This document shows, one piece after another, positions 1 through 14,128 of a stretch of DNA of 64,000 bases. The stretch comes from Octopus vulgaris (lineage: Eukaryota): the NCBI GenBank assembly GCA_951406725.2, contig OX597819.1:89528001-89592000 (forward strand), written 5' to 3'. The translations under genes were made by a program, and so were the position numbers. Below the pieces are notes generated by a model. The model worked only from the letters and a program-made list of their open reading frames with translations, did no database searches and had not been told where the DNA came from. Every line of letters begins with the position of its first letter. Within the stretch, counting starts at the first letter, position 1.

Positions 1-385
1 CTCATACACACATATGCATGCATACATACATACATACATACATACATACTTACATACATGACAGTTGCAACTCGATTGCAAGCAATGCTATCGCGTGATG
101 GTTGAATAACATAAATGTGGTTTCACTCCTGCTTGAGACCTATGCAGTATATCCACATTAAATATGATATATAGAATAACATTTTGAAATAATACTGATG
201 CTGTCGCTTAAAACGAAGCTTTACCCAGCCTACCAGCTATTTGCTACGTCAGTGATTTGTTAATCACTGCTTTTTTTTCCATATCAGTAGAAGCTAAATT
301 CGTCTAAGCATGTGGCTGCTAGCAGTTATTTGCTACTGATGACGTGAAAATACATGATGCTAGTCGTCAGCCATTTTGAATTTGA

Positions 386-445
<60 letters not shown>

Positions 446-591
446 ACACACACATACATATATAAGAAACGTTATATAAATATATTAAGTATATGATTTT
501 AAGCTGTAGAACGAAGTTCGACAAATTCAATCATATCTTTCATAAATGGAGGAGATTTGATGTTAATATGGGATAAAATATTTATTCAGTT

Positions 592-671
592 CGCTCGACG
601 ATCGTTTCGTACAGAAAGACAATAAATTCATTTTAAGAATCAGAGTTGTCAAAGAGTACTCATCAGTAGCA
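592..671 (-). ncRNA. Type I hammerhead ribozyme motif with extended stem II
   Basis: Minus strand reads tgcta-CTGATGA-gtac...gtac-GAA-acgatcgt-C-gagcg. Conserved core, 4-bp stem II base extended by gacaa/ttgtc, palindromic stem III, GUC triplet. Stem I has one mismatch next to the core. Confidence 0.75.
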
Positions 672-1179
672 CAATAAGAAAAAAATAAGAACTTAATAAA
701 GAAAAAGGTGTACTTAAGAATTACATAGGTATTGTGTTCTTACTAATTTTAAATGAGTAGTTGTTCTAGGAGTCATGCCTATTTAAAACACAACTAACGG
801 GTAAGAGTTAGGTGATAATATATATAAGATATAAGTAACTTTCTCTCTATAGATTAGTGTAAATGAGCTAGTTTTAAACTCCATATAAGAAGTAAGAAGC
901 AAGTGGGGTTTTCGGGTTATTTTTAAACAACTTTTATTTAAGGAAAATGAACATTACAAGAGATGCCAATATGTGCCTTACGAATGCATTTCAACACCTT
1001 ATATATATATTCTGAAGTTCTGTAAATGTGTGTATATATACATACATACATACATACATAATACATACACACACACACACACATATATATATATTTATTT
1101 AATTTAATTTATATTAAAATTTTATGTATTGATTAAGTCTTTCCTTGTTTGATTTTAAAATAGTGGTTTTGTCTCGAAT

Positions 1180-1270
<91 letters not shown>

Positions 1271-1313
1271 TAGATAGACAGATAGATAAATGTATACATA
1301 TATACATACATGA

Positions 1314-1362
<49 letters not shown>

Positions 1363-1781
1363 CACATACATGCATACATACATACATACATACATACATA
1401 CATACATACATACATACAACACACATGCTCGTACACTTAAATACACACACACACACAAACGGACATACATATGTAAATATCAAGGTGAGAAAGTCAGAAA
1501 AATTTTCTAGCCGCAGAATCGGTTCTGGTTGAAGAAGCTAAGCACGGCCGAGGATATATTTGAAGGAAATGTAATCAAACTACACTCTAGGGAATAGTAA
1601 CTCTGTAGCCTTTCTCATACTCAACAATAAGCACACCAACCTGTAATTCTGAACAGAGATATCTTATAATATACGGATTCTGATAGAGCCTTGATATACT
1701 AATCTCACTTTCACCATAAACAAAATTTGCACTTAACGGCATACACCTGCTTGATTTTATGAGCAAGTATGAATGTGTGGG

Positions 1782-1853
<72 letters not shown>

Positions 1854-2939
1854 CGCGCGCGCGTGTTTTTATATGTAAATACATACTTACAAACACACAC
1901 GCGACATGATACTTGTGTAGGGCGGTGTATAGGTAATGACACATGTTTAGAACTTCATGTGTTCCCACATTTTGAACGATGCGGTCGTGAGGACTAATCG
2001 AATTATTTTTCGAAATATCTTGTAGTTATACATCGACACATTACATACATACATACTTACATACATTCATTCATTCATGCATACATACATACATACATAC
2101 ATACATACATACATACATACATACATACATACATACATACATACATAGTGTTTATGTGCTTTCACTACTGATTACATTTCCTTGACGTTTTGTGAACTAT
2201 ATCTACCAACATTATGAAGTAATTCCAATCCCCCAGAAACAGCTGTCGGGCCTGTAACGTCATAATGTCTCCCCTTAATTTTCTATGTCTTTGTACTTTC
2301 TGTAAGTTTACATATATACATGCATGCATATATACATACATACATACATACATACATACATACATACATACATGCATGCATACATACATACATACATACA
2401 TACATACATACATACATACATACATACATACATGGTGCTTGTCAACTCGTAGACGAGTATGTCTACCACTAACACATTATCTTATCGAATAGCTGCCAGT
2501 AACTCCCGAACTGCAGTAGCTATCCAAAAGTCTTTGTAAGACACTACTTCCTCATGAGACGTGATTGTCGCTAAGACTAATTACAATGCTATACGTAGGA
2601 AGCATTATTCCGACGGCCATACCAAAAATACATAAGAACCATAAATTATCCACGCCTTTAAAAATAATTATCATGCGATTAACATACCCGTACGTTTTTA
2701 AACCATTAAATGCTGCAAATATTGCATCACATGTCACATATCATGTCAGATCTCAACAGCATAGTCTTGAAAATTAATTAAATATTCTTTAATTTCTCGA
2801 CAAACTTAAAGATTGTTGATGACACATGACAAGTGTCACAACACAGTTTTGAGAACTCTGCTTTTAAACAATGTTAAAATAAATTTTGTTTTATGAAAAT
2901 GGAAGGTTTCGACTAAGCACCATTTACACGAACACAAGC

Positions 2940-3460
2940 AAGAGAAGAGATTGTTAAAAATGAACTCGTTCTCTTCACCTCGGTTTTAAGTGCCTATCCT
3001 CATTCATCTATGGTTATGGATGTTGGTTAATGACTGAAAGAGTAAGATCACAAATACAAGCAACTGAAATGGAGTTTCTCTGAAGAATCCGTGGAGTAAT
3101 GTTACTCAACAGGATACATAACTCAGATATCATGGAGTCTCGCCAGTTTAGGTCGCTGCTTCTCGGCGTTGATAGGTCACAGCTCAAGTACTGTGGATAC
3201 ATGGTTAAATGTTACAAGAAAGAATTCACAAGACGGATTCTTCAAGCCAAGACAACCAGCAGGAAACCTAGGCGTATATCAAGAATAAAATGGTTGGATG
3301 ATATCCATAGTTGCAGTTGTTCATGCCTAGGAACTCAGTTTGAAAGTCTAATGAAGTTCGCTTCTGATAGGACCCTATGGAGAAGGTGTCTGAGGACTCA
3401 ATCTCTGCGACCTTCCCAAGACTATTAGGTGGAGAAGTTGAACAAATGAATGGATGAATG
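2940..3460 (+). mobile_element. RTE-clade LINE 3' fragment, decayed
   Basis: Translation IYGYGCWLMTERVRSQIQATEMEFL*RIRGVMLLNRIHNSDI...RSQLKYCGYMVK...RKPRRISRIKWLDDI matches the C-terminal RTE ORF pattern. Ends in a short tgaa/tgga tail. Confidence 0.8.
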
Positions 3461-3828
3461 CACGAAAATGATTGACATACCAAAGGGTTTTTTAAACCAT
3501 GGCAAAATCAGTGGTGTCTTTTTTCATGCTACAATTTTGTTTGAAATATGTATGGCAATTAATCGAGCTTTTTGTTGTTGTTATGTTTGTGTAAAGAAAG
3601 CAAACATCTTTCACTATGTTCTGGTTTCCTTTGTTGACAATCAGATTAGTTTTATATAAACGAAATACTCCACTCGTTCCGATAGTCGAGAACATTTTGT
3701 TGTGCGTCCCGGCTGATGATATCATTCCTTCTTTTCTACATCTACAGTTACACTGTAGCATGTAATTCCATCTTTTTAAAATGGTAGGTTGTGATTCGTA
3801 TGCAACCATGTAGAGCAACCATGTAGAG

Positions 3829-4188
3829 CAGTGGTTTTCAACTGGGGTTCATATGGCCCCTGAAAGTCCATATAAAACTTTTGTGGGGTCCCATGCAGCA
3901 GAACAGTAAACTGGGTGTCCACAACAGTATCCTAAGAGCCCTTGAAAAAACTTTGCTTGGGATGTATGTATTGGTATGTATTGCAAGAGACAGCTAGGTG
4001 TCTTTACCTAACGTTTACACAGCTCAACTTAAACAGGCTAATGTGTAAAAAAAAAAGAAGAAGAAATAGGAATTTTGAATGAAGTTTCTATAAAACTAGT
4101 TTTTAAACATCGGATGTGTAGGAAGGTCTCGCAGAATAAAATAGTTACCAAAAGGGTCTACAGATAAAAAAACGGGTGAGAACCCCGG
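3829..4188. mobile_element. hAT (Charlie-like) MITE
   Basis: Ends cagtggttttcaac / gtgagaaccccgg. 8-bp flanks atgtagag / ctgtagag (7/8 TSD). Confidence 0.7.
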
Positions 4189-4241
4189 CTGTAGAGGTTA
4201 TCACATTGGCTCAGATGTATATATGTAAACAAACACGCACA

Positions 4242-4327
<86 letters not shown>

Positions 4328-4872
4328 CAAACACATATCGTATTTGATGGCATAAAAAACGCAGTTCAATTTTGGCAGCGAATATTCAGAGAAAATGTTT
4401 TTAGTGCATTAACACATGTACTATAGGTCTAGCTTTGCATATAGGATCCGGGGTGATGTTTTAAGACATAAAACAAATAGTGCGTTCTGTATTCCATCAA
4501 ATACGGCAATGTATATATGTGTGTATGTGCATGCACGCACACACACATAATACATACATATGTATATAATTTTGTTATATGGATTGATAAGAATCAAGGC
4601 ACATCAACTTGTAAGACGCCAGTAATGGTTGGGAGCGATATGTAGATACTAAATCCAAATAGTGGAAATGCAAGTACCAAATCCAGTTTAAGCCATAGAT
4701 ACGACTAAGGGATGGGTACTTGTTGTAGCGTAGATATAAAACCTAAACACAAATGGCGATTAAAATTTAAGATAACTGTTTCAGTAATTTTATCTATTTA
4801 ATTCAACCATAAAGGATTTTATCATAATATAAAATCCGCCATCATCAGATAAAATTTTAAAAAGATAAGATT

Positions 4873-5835
4873 TTAACTGGTGCCTGTCTTCTTCTGTGGT
4901 TCCACATTACTTACTTCTTCCCCACAGGTAGTGTAGCACCAACCACTTTTTATTTCTGTCTCTCTTTGTCCTTTTCTAGTGGTGGAAGAACACTTCGCTC
5001 TAATGTGGCCTGAAAGGCAACATTTATAACATCGCAGAATCCTCCCTTCCACTTTGACCTTTAAAATCGTCTCTCCCACTGATACTTTCGACCATTTCTA
5101 CGATGTCCTCCTCCGTGATTTGCAACACCATGTCAGGGGTTTGTCCCTTCCAGTTCCTATGAGGTGTTCTGGTGGTCTGTAGCACCACCACCTTCTCCTC
5201 CATTCCAAGTAGTAATCCACCTCTGGGGGTATTTCCTCCACCCTAACCCTGGAAACACGTCTCCCAAGGTATACGGGTAGAAGAACTACTTCATTCGTTT
5301 CAGCGGTGTTGTCGAGTGCAGCCTGGCGGTAGCTACCTTTTCGTACTGCGCCTCTATCGTTCCAGTTTTTTTAAAACTCTGGCAAGGTACGAAATCCGTT
5401 GCCAGACTGGTCTTAACGCCTTTTCTATCTGTACCGTAGACATGTTCTCAATTTTTCCAGCTGCCATCGAGTACGTCCTATAAACTACCGTTCTTTTCGC
5501 TGTTTTCTTTAAGACTTCTTCGCGGGGGAACACCTTTACTTCGTTCCCCTCCCTTTTCAGTATTCCCTTATACTTGCTTACATCTTTCAGCCTTATGTCT
5601 TCGTACTTTTCTTCCATCGCTGCAGCATAGCTTCTATTTTCCATGGCTTTGTCTATTTTCTTGAGGCACTCTACCATTTCTTCCTCGGACGACACATAGT
5701 CCGAAGACGGGCAGCTTTCAACGTTTGACACAGAACAACTCAAACCCTCGCAACTCCTCGTTCGACACCCCTCCACCACACAACCAAAACACACGTCTAT
5801 CTCATACAAATCCAACAAAACGAATGAACCACGGT
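4873..5835 (-). mobile_element. L1/Tx1-like LINE ORF1 (gag-like CCHC zinc knuckle), frameshifted
   Basis: ORFs 5354-5914 and 4873-5079. Motif KVKVEGRILRCYKCCLSGHIRAKC is CX2CX4HX4C preceded by VEGR, as in L1-type ORF1. Confidence 0.7.
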
Positions 5836-6734
5836 AAACCGGGAGCGAGCTTCTTTCCTCACAGCCACACCTGTGCATATATACACACACACATACATAA
5901 GTATATATATACATACGTACGTGCGTACGTACGTATGTATGTATGTATGTATGTATGTATGTATGTATGTATGTATGTATGTATGTATGTATGTATGTAT
6001 GTATGTATGTATGTGTGTGTGTGTGTACGTATGTAACTGTCGCTCCCCGTAAGATAATTGAAAATGTAAATTAACATAACCATAACTGAGCCACAAAACT
6101 AGATATGAACTCACAACTCACCCTCTGTAGCCACCCCTATTCCATCCAGCAGCATACACATTCTCTACTCAGACATTTTTGACACATTTTAACAATAGAA
6201 AAACACACACACACACATACACACTCTCTCTCTATGTTTCTCACACACACATACTCACATACACACACACACACATATCAGGCTTCAGTTTTAAAATCTT
6301 ATTCTGTTAAGCTATAGATCTTATAATGTCATTCCAACCTCACTTAACGAAATTGAAAGACAAGAAGACAATAGAGCAGGAAACAGCGCGTACATAATTC
6401 CTAGCTAAATACTTAAACACTTGAGTTGTCAATATATGTATTAAAAATATATATATATTAAGAGCTAATCTGATGTTAGCAATAAGTCTGAAAACATTTA
6501 TTTTTCACTGCATAATATTAGAGAATAATAATACCTCAGTTATTAATATTACTGAAGTATGGTCTCTCTTCTTTTTGCTCCTTCTGTTGCTATTGTTGCG
6601 TTTGCTGCAGCGCAGGCAAGATCGAGGTGACCTACGATTAATTATGTTGCCATGATGACCTTGTCATCTGTTTTTAAGACTTAATGTATGTATCTAGAAC
6701 TACGTTGTCCTACGTATATGCTAGTGTTAACAGC

Positions 6735-6880
6735 GAAGGTGCTTGGCTTAGTGGTTGAGAGTTCGGTTCAAGACGTTAAGGTCGTTGGTTCATTTCATGG
6801 ATCGAACAGCACGTTGTTTCCTTCAGCAAAGCACTTCTTTTAACGTTTTACCTGTCTTCTAAGCTATAATGAGTACCAGG
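6735..6880 (+). mobile_element. Degenerate tRNA-derived SINE
   Basis: A-box tggcttagtgg, degenerate B-box and CORE-like ccttcagcaaagcactt. Similar to the copy at 54562. Confidence 0.55.
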
Positions 6881-6893
6881 CGCATGCTGATGT

Positions 6894-6944
<51 letters not shown>

Positions 6945-7019
6945 TTTCTCTCTCACCCTCTAGCTGTAACACACTGGATATTCCGCTGGGTCAAAGGTGA
7001 GCGGTCCGAGAGTGGGTTT

Positions 7020-7215
7020 CTGTCTTCTTGTAACTACTGCGAGGTACTCTTCCTATGTCCAGGGTTCGGCTTGTCACGACTCTTCAGTTCCTTCTGTTTT
7101 GTGCTGCAAGCATACAATCAGCCAGGATCTTGTCGGTCCATTCTTTATTGCCGTATTAGTCCCCAAACATCTTTGACGACCTCTTGCTCTCTTCCTCTCT
7201 GTCAGTATGATCTTA
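7020..7215 (-). mobile_element. RTE LINE 3' end remnant
   Basis: Minus-strand ERKRARGRQR motif followed by a short aga-rich tail. Confidence 0.45.
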
Positions 7216-8785
7216 GGCAGTTGCTCGTGACGCCCTAAATGTCTAAAATGTCAGATTTGTGAACTTAATTGTCGACAATAAATGCCTTTGGACTTTGCAA
7301 ATACTTAAGCACATAAAACAATGAACGAAAGTCATGGTACATGTTATCAGGTCAAAATCACTCGCGATTAATAAATGGAATGAGCCAAGGAATATAATCA
7401 AAATGTGACTTTAATTTAGAAAAATTAAATCAGTGACTTTAATTTAGAGTTAGAAGTTATGAGCAGATGTACTGGATAACGTTCGCCCAAAACTCTCGAT
7501 TAATCGAACTCTCCCTAGTGGTAAATGTTAGCGATTCTCAATGAAAAAGGGAGGTAACTTCAAGAAATTTAAAACAAATTTCACAAGAGATATGTATTTT
7601 CTTGGGAGCGGAGGGAATCTGGATATTGGAAGCAAAAGGACGGTTACAGACCAGGGTTATTATGACAACATTATAGGCCCTAAGCAAAGCAATGCACTAG
7701 ATAATATTGGGCACTTAAGCCTTTGGGCCGCTGGGCCAACTAGTCATTGCGGCCATATCTTAAGATACCACAGCTGCGAACATCCTTCAGTCCTTTTACA
7801 CCACGCCAGCAATATACAGTCATACTTGAACCAGCTTCTTCGATCGACGTAGTTTAGTTATTCATAATTTTTTTACACGTTATAAGAGTTGCGTAGATTT
7901 TTGACAAAGCATATTAGAAGAAAATGAATGAATATTAAAAGAAAATAAATTCACGAAAATGACATTTAATGCAACGGGCATTAAAATGCTAATAAGACAG
8001 TGATGAGGGGCTGATTATATTAGTCAACGATTATTGTTATTTTAATTATTCGATAATGTTGTTTCCAACTGAGACACCAGGTCAGCCATTTTGAGAGAGA
8101 AAGAGGAGGATATTCGATCGAATCGACTCTAGTTCATGACTTGTACTATTTTTTATCATCGGCCCCGGGGAGATAAAAAGGCAAAGTTGACCTCGGCAGG
8201 ATTTGAACTCCAGATGCTAAAAAAAACATAGCAGAACTGTTCTAACGATTCTACCAATTCACTACCATTAGTTATTCTGATAATATTAATTTTTGGGTAA
8301 TATTGCGTCTTTTATTTCAATGCATGATTATTTCTAACTAGCTTTTCTCCATGCTTGGTTCATTACATATGCTAATACTACCTTAATTATTATGTTTTTA
8401 TGTGGATAGCACTACCGAATGAACTAACCGAAACAACTTCCTTTCTTAAGATGGTAGGTTGTAAAATAAGTGATATTTAGTTGTTATTTCTAACATTTCA
8501 AGTAACTGCATAGAAGCTCTCTCATTGGTTCCACCACAATGAAATAATGTGGAGGCCTATATATGGTCGTTCAAAATGCAATAAATTAGCTAAATTTTTT
8601 AAAAATCATTTACTGTCTTAAATACATTATACAGTGAAGTCTGATAAATGCAAACACAAGATGGTCACGGTTATAACTGGTTTGATTGTAGATTAGTTCA
8701 AGTAAGGACGACCTGTTCCTAAACCATAACTAGTATCTTTCGTTTTGTTGTGTCTTGGGAGAGTCATACTGCTTTAATATCTAAT

Positions 8786-9300
<515 letters not shown>

Positions 9301-9496
9301 GAATACACTCACCGATTCAATTTCTACTCATTTATTATTTATATTTTTTCTTTCCAAAACTTTCGTTGTTCTTGCAACCTTGTCTCTCATTAATTTCTCC
9401 TCCCTTAACTTCTACCCTGAAGAAGGACTGCGTTAGATTTTCCACCCCTCACAGCAAATCCACTGTATTCTTTTTATCGATTTTACAATATATGCA

Positions 9497-9704
9497 CGTG
9501 GGGGTATTGAAGAGTTCCTGTCTTTAAGCGTATCAAGAAAGGTCTGGCTGGAGGCCCAGACTTCCGAGTTCTTTTACAGGTCTTAGAAAAACTGAAGGAC
9601 CGCTGCAATAAGTATATGAATCTGAGAGGGGAATAAAATCATAATAAACCGATTTTCCTGAATTTTCTTTAACCCAATGCCAGGAACTTTTCAGCCACCC
9701 CTCG
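9497..9704 (+). mobile_element. Mariner-derived MITE
   Basis: TIRs cgtgggggtattgaagagttcctg / caggaacttttcagccacccctcg-TA. Interior encodes the mariner transposase C-terminus (EAQTSEFFLQ/GLEKLKDRCNK). Sister copy at 15037. Confidence 0.85.
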
Positions 9705-9925
9705 TACGCACATGTGTGTGTGTGTGTGTGTGTGTTTGTGCGCGCGTGTATGTGTGTGTGTGTGTGTGTGTGTATTGTAGCTGTTGTTAATTTATCTCAA
9801 GTCAACCTGCACCAGACTTAAGATCAGTCAGTATTATCCAATGTGCCTTTTCTTTTGAGATGGCAGGTTATGATTCAAGAAAAAAATTGCTGCTATTTCA
9901 AGCCTGACGAGTTGATCAGATAGCG

Positions 9926-10236
9926 CAGGCTTGGCCAACTCGAATTACATTGCGGGCCACTTTAATCACAGAAAAGATTTTTGAGGGCCGCTTGTATACT
10001 GACAGAATTGAAAGCATTTTGCTTTCTCATGCTATTATTACAATAATGAATGAATAATCGTTGATTCAACATGAAATATTATCGTTGCAAAAACAGAAAT
10101 ATCTTTCTTTTTTTACTTTTTATTACAATCTTTAATTTTTGATAAAATTTTAAAAATGTTTCTTTAAATAAACCAATTTAAAGAAAGTATCAAGCGGGCC
10201 GCATGTGGCCCGCGGGCCTCAGGTTGGCCAGCCCTG
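9926..10236. mobile_element. hAT MITE
   Basis: TIR caggcttggccaac / gttggccagccctg, subterminal gcgggccgc repeats, 8-bp flanks agatagcg / atgtagcg. Confidence 0.8.
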
Positions 10237-10257
10237 ATGTAGCGGCTTCCCCGTTGC

Positions 10258-10310
<53 letters not shown>

Positions 10311-10517
10311 TTTATATATAGTTCATAGATGATAATCAAATATTTTCCGTATAGAATATATTTAGTAGTGCTCAAGAGATTTAAACTATTCCTTCCTCTA
10401 ATATACTTAGCTCTCCACAAAATCATTCCATCTTTGAACTTCTTTCCTTTAGCACCTCAAATGTAAGATCCCTCCCCTGAAGACGGAGGCTCGTCTCAAC
10501 CTACGATGGAATCAATA

Positions 10518-10611
<94 letters not shown>

Positions 10612-12311
10612 CGTAGTTGTTGTTTATTCACCAGCTCAGTTCTCTGTGATAACAGTTACAATCTTTAAAAACATGTTTTTAAAGATGGTAGCGAATGATT
10701 TGGCTACTGCTTTTAGCATGCCGTGCAACCAGAAAGAAACATTATTCATAGCCTCAAAAGATATATGTATGTGTGTGTGTTTGTGTGTTTTTGTAATATA
10801 ATCATTTGTTAGAATATAATTTTTACTGGCAACAGATTTCTTCTTGCGATTATGTTATATTTACATAAAACACTTATCAGCTTATTCTGGAATTCAAACA
10901 AGAGTTTCTCTACGTGAGAGAAACAAGGTTTTTTTTTTGTTACGCTCATATCTATTTGCGCGCGCGCGCACGCACACACACACACGTATTTAGTTGTATT
11001 CTTGCAACTAGATATGAACTCACTCTTAGCTGATAAGTGATATATATAAATATATATATACCTAATTGACTCAGCCTTCTTGACGCTAAGTTTAAATGAT
11101 AGCAATGCAAAATATATTTTAAGCTTTAATTTTCAAAAAAATCTCATTTTGTTTAACCTTTATTTCCTATGGCGTCATCCTATTCTCACTTAATGAAATT
11201 CTAAGACTTGGTGTTAGCATAACAGGAAACGACACATTCATATTTCCTGGCCAAATACGTAATCATTTGCGTTGTCCATAGAGTGGACCTTCGGTTTAGG
11301 AATTTAATTCGTCATTCCTGAAGGCCGTTCTTCACCCGAAATATTTGTAAACCGAGGCTATTTTTCCCATAGGAAATTCAAAACAAGGCACAGTAAATTT
11401 CAGCAAAGATGTCCCCTGAGCGAAAGCTAGACTGCAACGGACGTTTACCCGCTGATACTCCCAGCTTGTCTTCAATCTTTGTTGTCGGCTTGCGTGTTCG
11501 TTATTCAAGACACTGTTCGTCACCCGAAACGCTTTATATTAAAAAAAATTGTGCATAAACCGATTTGTTTGTAATGGGAGGCATTCCTAAATGAGGTCCC
11601 AATATATATATGTAGACGAAATTTAAGAGGCAATCTGGTATTAGTCTGCAAATACTTATTTTCATTGCACAACAATACGACAGTAGCTAATATTGGGTTA
11701 TGTGATAAATTTGGTCATCCCCCCCCCATTTATATTTTAATACTTTCCTGTTATTTGAATTAAACCCCAAAATATATTTTCATCGTATTGCTTTATGATT
11801 TTTCTGTAGATTTATTCTTCTTCTACCACTTTTGTTTGCTGCTTTTAAAATTTGAATAAATTTCAACGGTTTCAGACATATGATAATGAAATGCAAAGTA
11901 GAAAAACCTACACAAAAAAAAGAAAAAAATGAACGAATTTATCTGACAACACATAATTGTTTAAGTTGTTGTTGTTGCTGTTATTTGATCCTTGGTCAGC
12001 ATAGATCGAGTAGACCTACAGTTAAATGCGTTTCATTTAAGACCATCCTGTCTTTTAGGGATTTGTCGAGGACCCACTCCATTTAATCTTCTAACTTTTA
12101 CTTACTTCAGTAAAACGACTGTGACCATGCAGGGGCGCTCACAACCTTGAGGGATTTAATTGAACAAATAGATCCAAGTACTTTTTTTTATTTAAATTTA
12201 GGTACTTATTCAATCGATATCTTTTGCCGAAACACTAAATTACAGGGATGTAAGCAAACCCAAACCGTTTGTCAAGTGGGATGGACAAATACAAAAGCTC
12301 ACATATGTATG

Positions 12312-12360
<49 letters not shown>

Positions 12361-12412
12361 AAGGGTGGAAAGGAACACACGAGTTGATATATAGAAAAAA
12401 CAAGTCAAGTGC

Positions 12413-12720
12413 AAGATAATTTTATAGTGAATCTTTCAGTAGGGTCATTTTGAGACCTTTTCAACTCGATTAAATAATTAAATTTAGAAAAATTAGAAGA
12501 AAAGTTTTTTAAAAGAATATTTCTGTAGAGATATAAGTAGCATTCTGCTACTTATGTGTTCGAGGTCTGAAACAAGGAGTCTATATTCTGAACTACAGAA
12601 ATATTCTTTTAAAAAAACTTTTCTTCTAATTTTTCTAAATTTAATTATTTAATCGTTACAGTTGAAAAGGTCTCAAAATGACCGAAACCGGTACTGAAAG
12701 ATTCACTATAAAATTATCTT
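12413..12720. repeat. Foldback inverted repeat (arms ~12413-12528 and ~12594-12720), Penelope pLTR-like
   Basis: Arms are near-perfect reverse complements. The right arm contains a hammerhead motif. Confidence 0.85.
12659..12696 (+). ncRNA. Minimal Type I hammerhead ribozyme, U3-A8 variant
   Basis: cag-TTGAAAA-ggtc-tcaaaat-gacc-GAA-accggt-A-ctg. Stem I cag/ctg, stem II ggtc/gacc, palindromic stem III, GUA triplet. Confidence 0.75.
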
Positions 12721-12746
12721 TCAGCATTTTTTCTATTTTTATACTA

Positions 12747-12777
<31 letters not shown>

Positions 12778-12857
12778 GAGTGTATGTGTATGAGATTGTC
12801 TTACAAATACATATATACATATGTACGTATATACATACAAACACACACACACACATA

Positions 12858-13234
12858 CACTTGCGTCAGAAATTAATTAGCACTTCTCAAATTTCTACAT
12901 TAAATAGGTTAAATCAATTAACCTATGAGCTGTTCAAAACGCCTTACGCGATGAGAAAACTTAGTATGGTGTGATTTCGGTCCTTGCGAGGCGCTACCTA
13001 TATCTATTAAACAAAGGAAGATTTGTCTGCATCCGCACTCCAATTTGTTGCACTGCTATGTCAACATCATAAGGCTGTAGACTCTCAAACTGCTCTGCAA
13101 ACAAAGTTACGTCATCGTTCTGCGCAACAGTGAACTCGCAACAAAGCAATAGTTCGAGATATGGCCACAAGGTGACAGCACATACCTTGAGTGAAGAGTA
13201 AATCAAGGGTGCTAATTAATTTCTGACGGTAGTG
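12858..13234. mobile_element. Tc1-like MITE
   Basis: TIRs cacttgcgtcagaaattaattagcac / gtgctaattaatttctgacggtagtg, both flanked by TA. Confidence 0.85.
13162..13180 (+). promoter_or_regulatory. CTCF-like motif inside Tc1 MITE
   Basis: TGGCCACAAGGTGACAGCA compared with CTCF consensus TGGCCASYAGRKGGCRSYA. Two core deviations. Confidence 0.4.
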
Positions 13235-13876
13235 TACACACATAATATATATACGCGATGGGCTCTTCTACTATGGTAGAAAATACCTAAGGTGCCATGT
13301 AGACGGACTGAACCTGAAACCACGTGATTCTAAAGTAAGCTTCTTAACCACACAGCCATGCGTAATGTTCTTATTTAAGTTGCAGAGTTTGATATGATGG
13401 AGGTTTTGTTGTTTATTTCTATCAGGTTAAACGACTACGCAAGAAGCTCCTTTGCTGGTTTGTATGATAGGAGAGAAACTTGGTTACTGTTTCTTCCAAA
13501 TCGAGCAACGACACATGTAGGCTTTTACTGATATTTCGTTATTTTGCACAAAATATGAACACTCTTTATATGTATGTTTCCTTTGTTTGCATTCCTGCTT
13601 TTAATTTATATATTTCGCCAGCTTTGTACAGCTGAAATTATTCTGCAAGGTGTTGAGGTGTGCATGACTATACTAAAATTGCAACAGTCGGATCTCAGTC
13701 TGTACTGACAGAACTAATGTTTGTCTTTGTGATGTCTACCCCTCATCTGTGTCCTTGTGGCTAAAGAAAAAATGATTAATTTCCGATTTATTTTATGTTA
13801 AACTAATCCCACAGATATTTCCGCTGAAATGTGGATCTGCACCTGGAAAGTTCCTGTCGAAGATTGAGGTCTGGAT

Positions 13877-14128
13877 CAGTAGCGTAGATGAAGGGAGTAA
13901 GGCGAGTGGGGGCTAAGGTCAGGTAAGGGGCAAGACGACGTAGGAAGTAAGGCGATATAAGAGTAAGGTGAGATGGAGCAAGGTAAGGTGAGGTAAGGTG
14001 AGATGGTGAATGGTAATCCGGCTCGGATGAAGGTGTTATAAGGATGGCCTTTTTGGGGCTGCTGCATAAACCTGTATAGGCTTGGGGCCCGGGGCGGAGG
14101 AGAGGCACACACTCTAGCTACGCCATTA
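13877..14128. mobile_element. hAT-type MITE with internal AGGTA/AGGTG pentamer repeats
   Basis: TIR cagtagcgtagat / agctacgccatta. 8-bp TSD gtctggat / gtcaggat. Confidence 0.7.

Noticed and set aside
11450-11531. Possible minus-strand exon FRVTNSVLNNEHASRQQRLKTSWEYQR
   Set aside because: Plausible splice dinucleotides only. No homology and no compatible neighbouring exon found.
12994-13206. 70-aa ORF that looked like an exon
   Set aside because: Lies entirely within a Tc1 MITE bounded by TIRs and TA.
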